Positions 27,220 through 40,777 of a stretch of DNA of 64,000 nucleotides are shown here, one piece after another. The position numbers were made by a program, and so were the translations under genes. Below the pieces are notes generated by a model. That model saw only the letters and a list, made by a program, of their open reading frames with translations, was not told the origin of the DNA and searched no databases. This DNA comes from Macrostomum hystrix. Its lineage: Eukaryota; Animalia; Platyhelminthes. The stretch lies in the NCBI GenBank assembly GCA_950097015.1, contig CATNEN010000039.1, positions 2,790,001 through 2,854,000 on the forward strand, in the 5' to 3' direction. Every line of letters starts with the position of its first letter. Position 1 is the stretch's first letter.

Positions 27220-30200
27220 TCAGCACTGATCGCTTAGATAGTAAATGGTCACTCTGCCATCGATGCTTCCCCGATTGCCGCCGCTGACACCCACGCAGGA
27301 CTGGGCCGCTGCCAGAGTGGCGTTGCAGAAGGAGCCGCCGCCGCCGCCAGCCTGCAGGCGCGAGGGGTGAGTTTTGTTTTCCTTAGCAACATTCGAGATT
27401 GCAAGATCAATCTGTCAGGATTAATACAAAATTTTTAGCTCGTCAATTCGTTTCAAAGAGTGATGCTTTTTTAGCTGTTTTTAAAGAGTGATGCTATTTT
27501 TAGCTGTTTTTAAAGAGTGATGCTATTTTTAGCTGTTTTTAAAGAGTGATGCTATTTTTAGCTGTTTTCGACGAATGGTGCTATTTTTAGAATCTAAGGT
27601 CAACTGACACGCGGTGTCTGTGTGATTAGTTCGGTAAGGCTACTTCAATATTGGATTCGTTGGCCTTTTCAGAAGCAAAAAAATCTGCTGCGGTCCCCCT
27701 AAAATTCGAGAAATTTTCGTGTTCCACGAGACGCACCTGCTTGTCATGAGTACCAGCGCCGCCGCCGCTGTAGCCGCCACCGCCGCCGCTGGCTCCATTG
27801 TCCTCGCTGCCGCCGCCGCCGCCGCCGAAACCGCCAACAGCGCCGGTGTTCATGCTGCCGGCCTGGCCGCCCTGGAATGGCGTCAGGGAGCCGGACAGAG
27901 GGCCGCCGTGTCCCGCGCCGCCGTGCTCGCGGCCGGCGCGCCTGGCGCCGCCGCTCAACCAGCCGGCGCCGCAGCCGCCGTGGTAGCTGGCTGCCTCCGT
28001 ATTGGTCCAGCCGGCGCTGCCTGCCGAGCCGCCTTGGCCGGACTGGGCGGCGTTCGGGCCGGACGAATCCGTGCCGTTGCTGCCCGCCTGCCCGTCCACG
28101 CCGTTCAGAGTGTAGCTGGCGCCGCCGCCTCCTCCGGTGGCGATGTAAAGCTCGAGAGAGCGCAAGTTGTACACGAAGCTACCGCCGCCGCCGCCCGTGC
28201 CTGCGTTGTCTTCGATCTGTCGAAGAGGTTGAACAGTATATTAGATATTTAATCCAATGCCGTGTATATATAATTTAGATCACGCAATAAGGGATTTTTC
28301 ATTATAGAAGGCGACACATGGTTTTAAAAGTCATATGAATCTTCAGTCAAGGTCGTTTGTAATTCCCCGCCCTGGGATGGAATTTCCCAGCTCTAATTCA
28401 CATGGTCTTTGAAATTTCACATCTATAGTTCGCACAGTCTATGGGATTTTCCATCTCTAGGTCACATGGTCAATTGGATCTCCCAGCTCGAGGTCCCACG
28501 GTCTTTGAGATTTCCCGTCTCTAGGTCACACTGTCTATGGGAATTTCCTTCTCTAGGTTAAACGGTTAATGGGATTTTCCATGTCTAAGTCACATGGTCA
28601 ATAGGATTTCCCAGCTCTCGGTAGCGCAGTCAATGGGATTTCCCAGCTTCTCTGTAGCGCAGTCAATGGGATTTCCCAGCTCTAGGTCACACGGGCTAAG
28701 GGATTTTCCTGCACCAGGTGATTCCATTTGAAGGATTTCCTCACCGACGGTCGATGCGAAGGTGAAATCTCGCTGGAATTGCCGCCATGCTGGCCGACCA
28801 CAATAGCGAGCATTTGTCTGCGCAGCAGGTGGAATTTTCCGCGCATCGTCGCGCCCCTGCCGCCGCGCCAGGTGCCGGGCCCGGAGCTGCCATAGTTAGT
28901 CGAGTGGTTGCCGCCCGATGCGCCGGAGGCCGAGATTTCGTAGCAGCCGCTCCGGGGCACAATGTACCTGTTGATGGAGCCGTTGGGGCCCTTGCCCGTG
29001 GCATGGAATTCCACGTCTGAAATGAATAATTTTCTAGAGCTTTAATCTCATCAGTACTACTGCTGGATCTCTTTGCAAGTAGTACAATCAGCTCATTGTC
29101 GGACTCACAGTTGGGCACTGTGCAGAAGTAGTCGACCTCAATCCGCATCATTCCGCCCGAGAAGGCGAAGCATTCGTTTGGGATCATGTCCTTGGACCGG
29201 ATGGCGCTCTTCACGAACGGGTCCATCAGCCAAGTGGCATCCAGGATGCAGCCATAGTCCACCTTTTTGCAGCTGTGAATAGAACGAATAGAGCAGTTGA
29301 TTGACCCTGCAGTGTATTCTCATGGTCAATTATACTCAGGCTCATATATGCTCAAGGTCATCCAAACGGCAATCGCCGTGTGTCGCCACTCACTTTCGGT
29401 TGACCTGGGCCAGAGCGGTGAGTGAGCTGCAGTTGTGAATGTCGCACTGCCGTTCGGTGGCAACCCTGGCGGCCGCCTCAGCGCTGTTCTGTCCCTGAGT
29501 AGCACTCATGAGCTGGTTTGAGCACTCCAGGTCTGAGTAGCGCACCTGCATGATGCCCATGGTGGATCGCCGGCCGCACATCAGAGGCAGCTCGCGCCGG
29601 CCCTCCTTGTCGAACAGGACAGCCGTGTGCATTGTGGAGTTGCCTGGGAAATTCGATTGCGAGATTGTTTACTCACGAGTAGCGAGTTTAGAGTGGCATT
29701 ATTTATGTCACTCCCTATGTCACTCCACACTGTCCCTCCACAATGTAAATCCACAATGTCACTCTCCACTGTCAGTTTTCTTCACTGTCACTTCACAATG
29801 TCACTCTACACAGTTACTCCATCCTATCACTACATCCTGCCACTCCACACTGTCACTCGACACTTTCACTCCACACTGTCACTGTCACTCCGCACTGTCA
29901 CTCCGCACTGTCAGTCCACACTGTAACTGTCCTCCATACTGTAACTGTCCTCCGCACTGTTACTGTCCTCCACACTGTCACTGTCCTCCACACTGTCACT
30001 GTCCTCCACACTGTCACTGTCCTTCACACTGTAACTGTCCTCCACACTGTAACTGTCCTCCACACTGTCACTGTCCTCCACACTGTCACTGTCCTCCACA
30101 CTGTCACTGTCCTCCACACTGTCACTGTCACTCCGCACTGTCACTGTCACTCCGCACTGTCACTCCACTCGGCGACGGATAGGACAGCTCACCGCGCACG

Positions 30201-33017
30201 CTGACGCAGGCCTGCGCCCTGTAGTGCATCCCGTTGAGCACATTGTCACCCAGGCAGCAGAGGGGGAAGTAGAGGTTGACCATGTTCAAGCTCAGGTTCT
30301 GGCCTGACGGGGTGACCACCTGGCTCTGGCGAATCACTCGCCAGCTGTAGGTCACCTCCGGCAGCGCCACGTCGGCCTGGCAGCTCAGGGTGTCGTTCTG
30401 GCCGATGACGCTGCTGTTCGTTACCGGCTGGCCCGTGGCCGCGTTGACAAGGTGAACCCGCGTCAGCCCAGCTTTGTACGCGACCTGAGGGCGGAGGTGT
30501 TAAGTTCATTGCGGATTTGGACTTCAGCAGTTAATGGGGAGACAGGGAGACAGAGATAAGGAGAGACAGGGATAAGGAGAGACAAGAATAAGGGGAGACA
30601 GGGATAAGGGGAGACAGGAATAAGAAGAGACAGGGATAAGAAGAGACAGGGAAAAGGAGAGACAGGGATTAGGGGAGACAGGGATAAGAAGAGACAGGGA
30701 TAAGGGGAGACAGGGATAAGGGGAGACAGGGATAAGGAGAGACAGGGATAAGGAGAAACAGGGATAAGGAGAAACAGGGATAAGGAGAGACAGGGATAAG
30801 GAGAGACAGGGATTAGGAGAGACAGGGATAAGGGGAGACAGGGATTAGGAGAGACAGGGATAAAGAGAGACAGGGATAAGGAGAGACAGGGATAAGGAGA
30901 GACAGGGATAAGGAGAGACAGGGATAAGGAGAGACAGGGATAAGGGGAGACAGGGATTAGGAGAGACAGGGATAAAGAGAGACAGGGATAAGGAGAGACA
31001 GGGATAAGGAGAGACAGGGATAAGGAGAGACAGGGATAAGGAGAGACAGGGATTAGGAGAGACAGGGATAAGGAGAGACAGGGATTAGGAGAGACAGGGA
31101 TTAGGAGAGACAGGGATAAGGAGAGACAGGGATTAGGAGAGACAGGGAGACGGGAGACGGTGAGACAGGGAATACTGGGATAAGGGGAGTCGAAGAAAAT
31201 GAGATGGGAGATGGGTGGATCCGTTATCGCACCTTCAAGTCCACTGCGGCAGTCTCCAGGCTCATTGGATCGCTAGCCTTGCACTGGAAGGAGTCGGTGG
31301 CGTTTTCCGGATCAGGCTGATACACAACGTATGCTCGAGCGGTCAGGAGTTCGTCCGAGTCGCCCCACTCGAAGCTGAAGTCTTTGGGCAGCAGGTCGAT
31401 TCGAGAGCCGTCGCGCAGCAGGGTGAGCTGGGCCAGCTGAGGCGCCTTGGGCGACACCTTCACCTCGCACGTGACCGTGTTATTCTCGGACTTCAGTGGC
31501 GCATCGCTGGCCGAGGATAGCTTCAGAGACGCCTGCAGTTTATGAGGCCGGTTTTGCCATGGTGCATCCCTCAGTTCTAAGCCCACTACTCTAATCTAGC
31601 TACTCTCTTTTCGCTACTCGCTGCAATCATCTCGCTACTCTCATCTCGCTACTCTCATCTCGCTACTCTCATCTCGCTACTCTCATCTCGCTACTCTCAT
31701 CTCGCTACTCTCATCTCGCTACTCTCATCTCGCTACTCTCATCTCGCTACTCTCATCTCACCACTCTCATCTCGCTACTCTCATTTCGCTACTCTCATCT
31801 CGCTACTCTCATCTCGCTACTCTCATCTCGCTACTCTCATTTCGCTACTCTCATCTCGCTACTCTCATCTCGCTACTCTCATCTCGCTACTCTCATTTCG
31901 CTACTCTCATCTCGCTACTCTCATCTCGCTACTCTCATCTCGCAGCTCTCATTTCGCTACTCTCATCTCGCTACTCTCATCTCGCTACTCTCATCTCGCT
32001 ACTCTCATTTCGCTACTCTCATCTCGCTACTCTCATCTCGCTACTCTCATCTCGCTACTCTCATTTCGCTACTCTCATTTCGCTACTCTCATCTCGCTAC
32101 TCTCATTTCGCTACTCTCATCTCACCACTCTCATCTCGCTACTCTCATTTCGCTACTCTCATCTCGCTACTCTCATCTCGCTACTCTCATCTCGCTACTC
32201 TCATTTCGCTACTCTCATCTCGCTACTCTCATCTCGCTACTCTCATCTCGCTACTCTCATTTCGCTACTCTCATCTCGCTACTCTCATCTCGCTACTCTC
32301 ATCTCGCTACTCTCATTTCGCTACTCTCATTTCGCTACTCTCATCTCGCTACTCTCATCTCGCTACTCTCATCTCGCTACTCTCATCTCGCTACTCTCAT
32401 CTCGCTACTCTCATCTCGCAGCTCTCATCTCGCTACACTCATCTCGCCACATGTTCTTGGCAGGTGGCTTCCGCTCTGTCCATTATTTCCAGCCCAAAGG
32501 CCAATTTTCTAAACCTCACCTGCAGCTTCTTGCCGAGATAGTTGTTGGGCAGCCAGGCCTGATTATCCGCCAGTTTGGCCTTGGGATCCACAATCAGCAG
32601 GTTCCACTCCGTGACTGACATGTTGCCGCTGGGTGAGTCGTAGCTGACGCTGCAGGCCAGAACTAGGCGAGCCGGGGCGCCGAGTGTTGGCAGCAGGCGA
32701 ACTACCCGACCCCGGATGCTGACAGCGGAGGTCGCAGTGCTGGGGTGGAGCAACTCAATTGAGTAGTTCACTGAGCTGGTTCGGCCCCAGCGGGAGCGAC
32801 CGCTGCGGAAGACGCAGACAATGGCGGAGGAGGCCGAGTTGTCATAGTAACCAAAAAGCCTGCGACCGTCGGCGGAGTAGAAGGCCACGGCTGGCGAGTG
32901 GGGGTAAACCCTGGCACTGGCGGGTCGGACCCTCTCAGTTGAGTTCAAGATGAGCAATTCGAGCCCCGCAGTGGCCTGGGCTAGCAGCAGAACAGCCAGG
33001 CAGATCAATAGCCGCAT
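27220..33017 (-). CDS. Secreted protein: signal peptide, Ig-like domains, SUEL-type lectin-like domain, ALK/LTK-like glycine-rich domain
   Basis: Exons at about 33017-32520, 31533-31232, 30484-30193, 29643-29394, 29272-29109, 29017-28746, 28216-27737 and 27352-27220; phases of the last five were checked. Signal [18 protein letters not shown]; Ig motifs (VTC...FQCKASD; C...YSW...Y.CCLG.NVL); [19 protein letters not shown]...GKFHL....LAIVVGQHG; GGGGGSFV...IATGGGGGA...GGFGGGGG...GGGGGYSGG...GGGGSF. Stop follows [12 protein letters not shown]. Confidence 0.8.
27455..27590. repeat. ~29-bp minisatellite (AAAGAGTGATGCTATTTTTAGCTGTTTTT)
   Basis: Direct. Confidence 0.85.
28375..28710. repeat. Degenerate ~32-bp repeat (GGGATTTCCCAGCTCTAGGTCACATGGTCAAT)
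   Basis: Direct; diverged copies. Confidence 0.75.
29705..30170. repeat. 18-bp minisatellite (CACTGTCACTGTCCTCCA) with degenerate flank
   Basis: Direct. Confidence 0.9.
30536..31170. repeat. 16-bp minisatellite (GGGATAAGGAGAGACA)
   Basis: Direct. Confidence 0.95.
31627..32447. repeat. 14-bp minisatellite (CATCTCGCTACTCT)
   Basis: Direct. Confidence 0.97.
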
Positions 33018-34231
33018 CTTCTGGAAGAGGCGAAGCCTTAGCAGTCAGAAGACAAGGTGACTAATTCAATGTTATTTGCGAATGCGACTGAGGCCTGACT
33101 GGTTGAAGTTCGCCTGAATTTATGGTCCAAAATGGCTGTTTGTATAGCTTAGCAAAGCCACTATTTATCAGGCCCGCACTTGGGTCGGTGGAACAAAGGG
33201 CCAAGGTCTGGCCAACCCTGAATTCTTGCTTAGCTTTAGTTAGATAAGAACCTATTTCAAGAGCTAATTGGTGGCTGGAACACAGGGCAACCCCTCACCA
33301 GATATCAATGAGATAATTCCTGAGGGACAGAATGGCAGCAGATAAGACCACTTCTGTCACTTCCGGTGCAGAATTCCGGTGTTGTAGGAGCGAGTTTTAG
33401 TCACATAGACAATGTGAACGAACTTAATTTACTTACAATGGACGTCAGATAAATGCTCTAGTAATTCGGGAAACACAAATAGTTTAACTCAAACAAGAAC
33501 AACTTATATAGACACTTGAAAAGCACTTTTTAAGTTAATTATTCCGGAAAGTAGTCAAGATAAATAAAATTCCAGATTTGTTATTTTTTCCTACTCTTAC
33601 CGATCAGTTTCTGCTAGATCTCCGGATCTGACAGGTTTGATTTGTTCCAATGGCAGCGAGCAATGAAATTCCTGAGCCGTGAGTCACTCACCTTTATCGC
33701 CCTCTACTACGGCTTGTAGTACAATTGGTTAAATTTCATTGGCTAAAATAGAAGCAGCTCGACTGACCGAACAGGTCAGGGGGAGGAAACTCAGATTTCT
33801 GTCCACTTTCTTTTCGATTTTATAATCAAGTCTAAAAGCGCAAGAGAAATCCAAGAATGCCAGCAATGAGCCAACTGGTCGGTCACGCTTGCCCGCCCAA
33901 GATGAGTCACTCACCTACGGTTACTCAACATCATGGCCTGAGTACAGTTCTTTTGTAATGAGAAAGGGAGAGTGCAGAGTCCGGTCACGATAAAACAAAC
34001 CTTGGAGTCGACATTCCATTGTCCAGGAAAATCTTCTCATGCGAGAATTTGCACCCATTGGTCCAACGCTTGACAATTCCCATCACCCAATACATGTAGC
34101 CCTCCGTGTTCTTTTGATGGTGCCGAGTGCTCTTAAAGTTTGCGTGCATGGACCCTACTAATAGTAGCATTCAAATAAGAAAATGCTCCTTCTTCGTTAT
34201 TCAAGAGTAGGCAGGGAGTCGGGAAGCCAGG

Positions 34232-34482
34232 AAGATGGGGAAGACAGGGAGATGGGAGATTGGAGATGGGAGATTGGAGATGGGAGATTGGAGATGGGAA
34301 GACAGGGAGATTGGGAGACAGGAGTTGGGGAGACAGGGAGATGGGTAGACAGGGAGATGTGCAGACAGGGAGATGGGGAGACAGGAGTTGGGGAGACAGG
34401 GAGATGGGGAGACAGAAGATGGGGAGACGGGGAGATGGGGAGACAGGAGATGGGGAGACAGGAGATGGGGAGACAGGGAGAT
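34232..34482. repeat. Degenerate purine-rich repeat (GGGAGACAGGGAGAT)
   Basis: Direct. Confidence 0.85.
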
Positions 34483-35429
34483 AGGGTGGGTTTTAGAGTG
34501 GGTTTTAGAATCATTTGAAATGTCCTTATCCACATGGACTTTAAGATTTTTTATTTTGCATAGCTCACAAGGCATTGTGCACCTTAAATATCAGGCCAGT
34601 AAATAATCGAAAATGACTTAAAAGCACAGTTAAGGCAAGGCTCGGAACAGAAAGTCAAAATTTGCTACATGAATTTCGATTATAGGAGCAGCTTTCAGCA
34701 GTCATGCTGACTCGCTCACTGTACAGCATTTATTTAGGCTATGCAGGGCGCACTATTGTGTACACTTCGTCTGCTTTCAGTTTCATCAAAGTGGTGTAGG
34801 CAAAGTAAAACAAAAATCGATTTCGCATGTTGAACTGCAGCGGTAAGGAGTTTTGGCTTCCTTAGGAAAGCTCGCTGCAGATCGTCTCGAATGAGCAACT
34901 CGAATCGGAAGCCACTTTTGTAGCTTCCGTTTTTTACTGAGCGAACTTGAAAAAAAACAAATCAATTACTGATTAAATCAATAGTGAGGCAACAATCATG
35001 AAGTTTTGGCCGCTTCTGAGCAATAATGAGCTTTTGGCAATATGCTTAGCAATTGAAAAGAGTACAGTTTTGTTGGTTAAATATACGCTCATATTACTTA
35101 GTTATCTCATATCTCATTCAAGCATCTGTACTTATAGAGCTCTTCAATAAATATTTGGGAGGCGAATTCGAAGAGCAAATCGTTTCGGCTTTAAAGCCGC
35201 GTCATAATTAGATAGTTGGCGCAGGCAAAACCTGTACAATTATCGCTTGTCAGGCCTTAGAGTCCATGTACATTCTAGCTTATTCTTTCTCTCCTTCTAA
35301 TGTACATAAGGAGGGCAAAAGGCAACCCCACCTCCTCCTGCGCGCGGGGCTTCGTTTCTCAATGTACATTGCGGTTTTTCTTACCCCTAGTTGGTTTACA
35401 TTTCAGTCTAGCCTAAGTGCGCGCAGACA

Positions 35430-38400
35430 TCAAGCGATAAGCACACCGTCAGTGTAACCCTCCCTATCCATCGATACAATGTCTTCCAGCTCCTGCTCTT
35501 TAGCCGCGGCGGCCAGGCTGGCGTCAATCCTCTGACGCAGAAAGCCGCGCCAAAGTGTCTTCAACTGGGAGTTGGGCGCCTCCAACAGCACAATGCGGCG
35601 GCTGCTGCCTCCGCCACCGAAAACTAGCCGCATCAGCAGGCGCGCATCGAAGCTGGCTTCTAAGCAGTCGGACAGACGAAACACTTCACCTCCAGCTGGG
35701 TTTGACAGCGTCGATGTGGGCGAACCTGCGGCAGTCAGGCAGAGCCGGTCGGTCAGCAGAACGGCCCGCACTGGCAGGTCGATCCCGACACCGTTGCTTC
35801 GCCGAATCAGCTCGCCGGAGAAGACCACATTCTGCTGCTGCGAAGGTGACTGTGCCAGACGTTGATGCGGCACCTGTCGCGTCGGTGGCGTTGGCGGAGG
35901 CGTCGGCAAGCGTACGCTCTCAGGTGCTGGCAGCAGGCCGGCGCAGTGCTCAAGCGCTTGAGCAACGTCCTCAACGAAAAGGTGGTCGGCGTCAGTCTCG
36001 GGCGTGGCCGCCAGTAGAGCTGAAAAGTCCGCGGCGAGGCTGTTGAGGTGGCGCAGCGGCTTCAGCAGGCAGGCGTTCAACGAGGGCAGGTCGGGCCGCT
36101 CGCGGCTGGCCGCCTCCAAGGCAGCCAGGAAGTCCGGGCAGGCGTGCAGGCCGCTGAGGGCGCGCGGGCAGGCGTCGGAAAGGTGGGCGCCAAAGTCGCG
36201 ATAGTCGTCGCACAATTGGAACAGGCGCGAGCGGTAGGCCCTGCCGACACTGTCAGCCGGACGCGTCTTGTCGACCTAGTTGAAGGTGGGCAGGGTGTCC
36301 AGGTCATTGTATCCACCTGCTCCCGGGTGTCCACCTTGAGGTATCACTCTTATGCTCTAAGGTGTCCACCTGGAAGTCTCACACCTATGCTCTGGGGTGT
36401 CCACATTAAGGTCTCACTCATATGCTGTGATGTTTACCTGGAAACTAATCAAAAGCGAGCGATCTTCAACTGACATTCCCGCGGCACTCACCGATCTGAG
36501 GACCTGTTTGACGCTGTCCAGCAGCAGATCCAGCTTGTTGAACAGGGCGGCGCACAGCTGCGGCCCTAGACTGCCGGACAGCCGGCGCCGATAGAACTGC
36601 TGGCAGGCGGCCAGCTCGGCGGCGAAGGCCTCCTCCCGGTTGACGATCTGAGCGGCCAGAGACTGGCGCGAGTGAGGAGGAGGCGGCGGTGGCGGCGGCG
36701 GTGGCGGCGGCGGCGTTAGCTGATGAGGCGTCGTCTTGGGCGGCTCAGCGATCATGGCCTCGTAGGCGCGATTGTGGCAGTAGGTCTGACCACAGCTGCT
36801 GCCACGGGCTGGCACCGTGGATGACAGCGCCAAGCGGCCCAGCAGAGTCACAGCTCCGACGCCGCCACCACCTGCGCCACCGCCACAACCGCCGCCGCTT
36901 CCACTGAAGCTGCTGCTGCATCCGCCGTTGCCGTTGCTATGCCCGTTGCTAAGGACGCCGCCATGGTTAGTTGGAGCGTCAGCTAGCCAACGCTGAATCC
37001 GCAGCTCGAGCCTACTGCCGCTGCGCCTGTTAGTGCGAATTTTGTGTAGCTATGAGGAGCTTTCTTGGCCATAGACTATGGACTGAAGCATATCATGACA
37101 TAAGGACCTGTTCATGTCATTGGAAATTCAACTTCGGATTTTGGTGCGAATTCAAAAATGCTTTTAAAAAATTGAGCGATTGAATTTTGAAACGACAAAG
37201 AAAGCCTAATTGTTTTTATTAAGTTCCTTATTTTCTACTTTAAGGATTTAAAGACTGACAGAGAACAAAAAACTTCTATAAGGTTCGGAATAGATTTTCA
37301 AACTTGAGGGCTTATGACGCACCCTACAATTGTTTATATGAAGCGAAAATTTCTGAACCAATTATGAAGGTTGGTGTTTAAACTCTGCTTATATACCTTC
37401 ATAGATTTCATTTGAAAAATATGTTAAAAGACATGGAACTGTCACCTCTAGGTGTCTAAAAATTCTTTGAGCTATAAAATAGATAAAAGTGCCCACAAAT
37501 TCAATTTGTTATTCAATTACTCAGCTCAAGTGGCTTTATCGCAAAGCAAAATCTTATTCTTTGTTCTTCTAGTCTGCGATGCCATCTGCTTTGTTTAACG
37601 CTCTAGGGCAAAAAGACAAGTTGTTTATTGTCAATGTTGCCTGGGCAGATTGCTAAGCTTTGGGCACCAACATTCACAGAAGCTTCTTTTTATGAAAAGT
37701 ACCACTTTGACAGTCTTTGTCTGGTTTTAACTTCACGATACAGTTCGATCACGGCTTGCCAGAATTTACTGTTTTGTTTGCTTCTGAACCCCCTGACCAA
37801 TCGTACCTCCCTTATCTCGAATTTATCATTTTCTTTGATTCTCCCCTTCCTCGACTTTTCACTTTCCTCAACTCTCCCCTTTCCTCAACTCTCCCCTTTC
37901 CTCAACTCTCCCCTGATCTAAATTCTCCCCTTTCCTCAACTCTCCCCTTTCCTCAACTCTCCCCTGATCTCAATTCTCCTATTTCCTCAATTCTCCCATT
38001 TCCTCAATTCTTCCCTTTCCTCAATTCTCCCATTTCCTCAATTCTCCCCTTTCCTCAATTCTCCCATTTCCTCAATTCTTCCCTTACCTCAATTCTCCCA
38101 TTTCCTTAATTCTCCCCTTTCCTCAATTCTCCCATTTCCTAAATTCTCCCCTTTCCTTAATTCTCCCCTTTCCTCAATTCTTCCCTTTCCTCAATTCTCC
38201 CCTTTCCTCAATTCTCCCATTTCCTCAATTCTTCCCTTTCCTCAATTCTCCCATTTCCTCAATTCTCCCATTTCCTCAATTCTTCCATTTCCTCAATTCT
38301 CCCATTTCCTCAATTCTCCCATTTCCTCAATTCTCCCATTTCCTCAATTCTCCCCTTTCCTCAATTCTCCCATTTCCTCAATTCTTCCCTTTCCTCAATT

Positions 38401-40777
38401 CTTCCCTTTCCTCAATTCTCCCATTTCCTCAATTCTTCCCTTTCCTCAATTCTTCCCTTTCCTCAATTCTCCCCTTTCCTCAATTCTTCCCTTTCCTCAA
38501 TTCTCCCATTTCCTCAATTCTTCCCTTTCCAAAATTCTCCCCTTTCCTCAATTCTCCCATTTCCTCAATTCTTCCCTTTCCAAAATTCTCCCCTTTCCTC
38601 AATTCTCCCCTTTCCTCAATTCTCCCCTTTCTCAGAACCCCATTTTCGAGAATCAACCCCCTGTCTCAAATCTGCCCCTCTCTATGCTCCACTTTTCTAA
38701 TTTCTCTAATTTCCCCAAGTAACATTTTCCCATTCCTCATATCTCTTTTTTTCACATTTTTTCCTTTCTCCAAATCCCCTTTCCTTTAGTCTCCCCATTT
38801 CTTCAGTCCCAGATTTTCATCAATCCTGTATTCCCTTCCTTACCTTCCTCTCTGAAGACACATATTCTCAAATTATTAAGCAGCAGCAGCAAATACTGAT
38901 GCCCTCACATCTGTGAGCATCTTGCTTGCTCGGCAGAGTGAGTCACTAAGGCCAAAAAGTGCCGATGCTCGGAAAAAACGGCAGAAACTATTCATTCACA
39001 GTTGAGAAGCTTTCTCACTGGCAGGTTTGAGCATTCTCGAGCCCCACCCTGTGACTCATGCTGCAGCCTGGTTGGTGTCCTTTTGCATACCTGCCGACAA
39101 CATTCTTCAGCCATTGTCTGCGGCAAGGCCTGCTTGCCGTGTTTCTGGCTGGCTGTGCAGCAAGCCATGCTTTTTCTTGGCTCGGTAACAGCTTGCCTCT
39201 TCTAGCAGACAGTTCGACCCCCCGTACAGGACCCTGGACGCAAATGACCCCATGGACACTCACAGCAGCCCTGAGACTGTTTCATGAGATGAGCAATGTC
39301 TGAGTTGTGTGACGAAAGCCTGCGAAGCAACTTGCAGACTCTGCACCGCTGGCATGCGAAATTCAAATCCCAAAATCCCTCGGCCAAATAGTAGATCCCA
39401 AAATCCCACTGTCAAATGTCTGGTCCCAAAATCCCTCGGCAAAAATATCTGATCCCAAAATCCCTAGGCCAAATAGCAGATCCCAAAATCCCACTTTCAA
39501 GTTAAAATTATCCCTGATCCTAAAATCCAACTCTAAATAGCCGATCCCGAAATCCCACTTTAAAATTCAAAATCCCTTTAGAAAATCTTCATTTAAAAAA
39601 TGTGCTCACCGAATGCCGCCGACCACAGCGTCGCAGCAGCAGCTGAGCACAGTCTCGCCGTTGACTCCGACGACGATGTCGCCGCTGCGAAGGCCCGCCG
39701 CTGAAGCCGGGGATCCAGGCTCCACTTTGCCGACCCGCACAGGCTGGGAGCCGACAAGGGTGAAGCCGAAACTCCACTGCTGGCCTTGTCGGGCCAGGGA
39801 GAACTGAATTGCAATGGTGATTTTCATGGGATTTTTGCGCAACTTGGAGTGGGATTTCTAGGGATCTCAGTTGATGGCTTGGGCACAGCCAGTAAACATA
39901 CAATGAACTTTTTGGTAATAAAACCACTTCTGGTCATTGAGAGAGCTTTAGCTGACCTCCTACCGGTCATAGAATGAGCCTCAGCTGACCTCCTACCGGT
40001 CATAGAATGAGCCTCAGCTGACCTCCTACCGGTCATAGAATGAGCCTCAGCTGACCTCCAACCAGTCATATATAATGAACCCCAGCTGACGTCCTACCGG
40101 TCATATATAATGAGCCTCAGCTGATCTCCTACCGGTCATATATAATGAGCCTCAGCTGACCTCCTACCAGTCATATATAATGAACCCCAGCTGACGTCCT
40201 ACCGGGTCATATATAATGAGCCTCAGCTGATCTCCTACCGGTCATATATAATGAGCCTCAGCTGATCTCCTACCGGTCATATATAATGAGCCTCAGCTGA
40301 CCTCCTACCAGTCATATATAATGAACCCCAGCTGACGTCCTACCGGGTCATATATAATGAGCCTCAGCTGATCTCCTACCGGGTCATATATAATAAGCCT
40401 CAGCTGATCTCCTACCGGTCATAGAATGAGCCTCAGCTGACCTCCTACCGGTCATAGAATGAGCCTCAGCTGACCTCCTACCGGTCATAGAATGAGCCTC
40501 AGCTGACCTCCTACCAGTCATATATAATGAACCCCAGCTGACGTCCTACCTGTCATATATAATGAGCCTCAGCTGACCTCCTACCGGTCATATATAATGA
40601 GCCTCAGCTGACCTCCTACCGGTCATATATAATGAGCCTCAGCTGACCTCCTACCAGTCATATATAATGAACCCCAGCTGACGTCCTACCGGGTCATATA
40701 TAATGAGCCTCAGCTGACCCCATGAAAGCCTATCTTGTGCAACTGGCGCTTCTGACCTTGACCTGCTTGATAGTCAT
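35430..40777 (-). CDS. PDZ-DH(RhoGEF)-PH guanine nucleotide exchange factor
   Basis: Phase-consistent exons at about 40777-40757 (MTIKQVK), 39803-39610 (PDZ: SFGFTLVG..PVRVGKVEPGSPASAAGLRSGDIVVGVNG), 37026-36492 (DH start QIVNREEAF...LFNKLD) and 36275-35430 (LNACLLKPLRHL...LLAATP..DADH; PH-like VFSGEL...LEAPNSQLKTLW). The 5' start is uncertain. Confidence 0.8.
37840..38633. repeat. 19-bp minisatellite (TTTCCTCAATTCTCCCCM-type)
   Basis: Direct. Confidence 0.95.
39945..40720. repeat. 33-36-bp minisatellite (GAGCCTCAGCTGACCTCCTACCGGTCATATATAAT)
   Basis: Direct. Confidence 0.95.
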
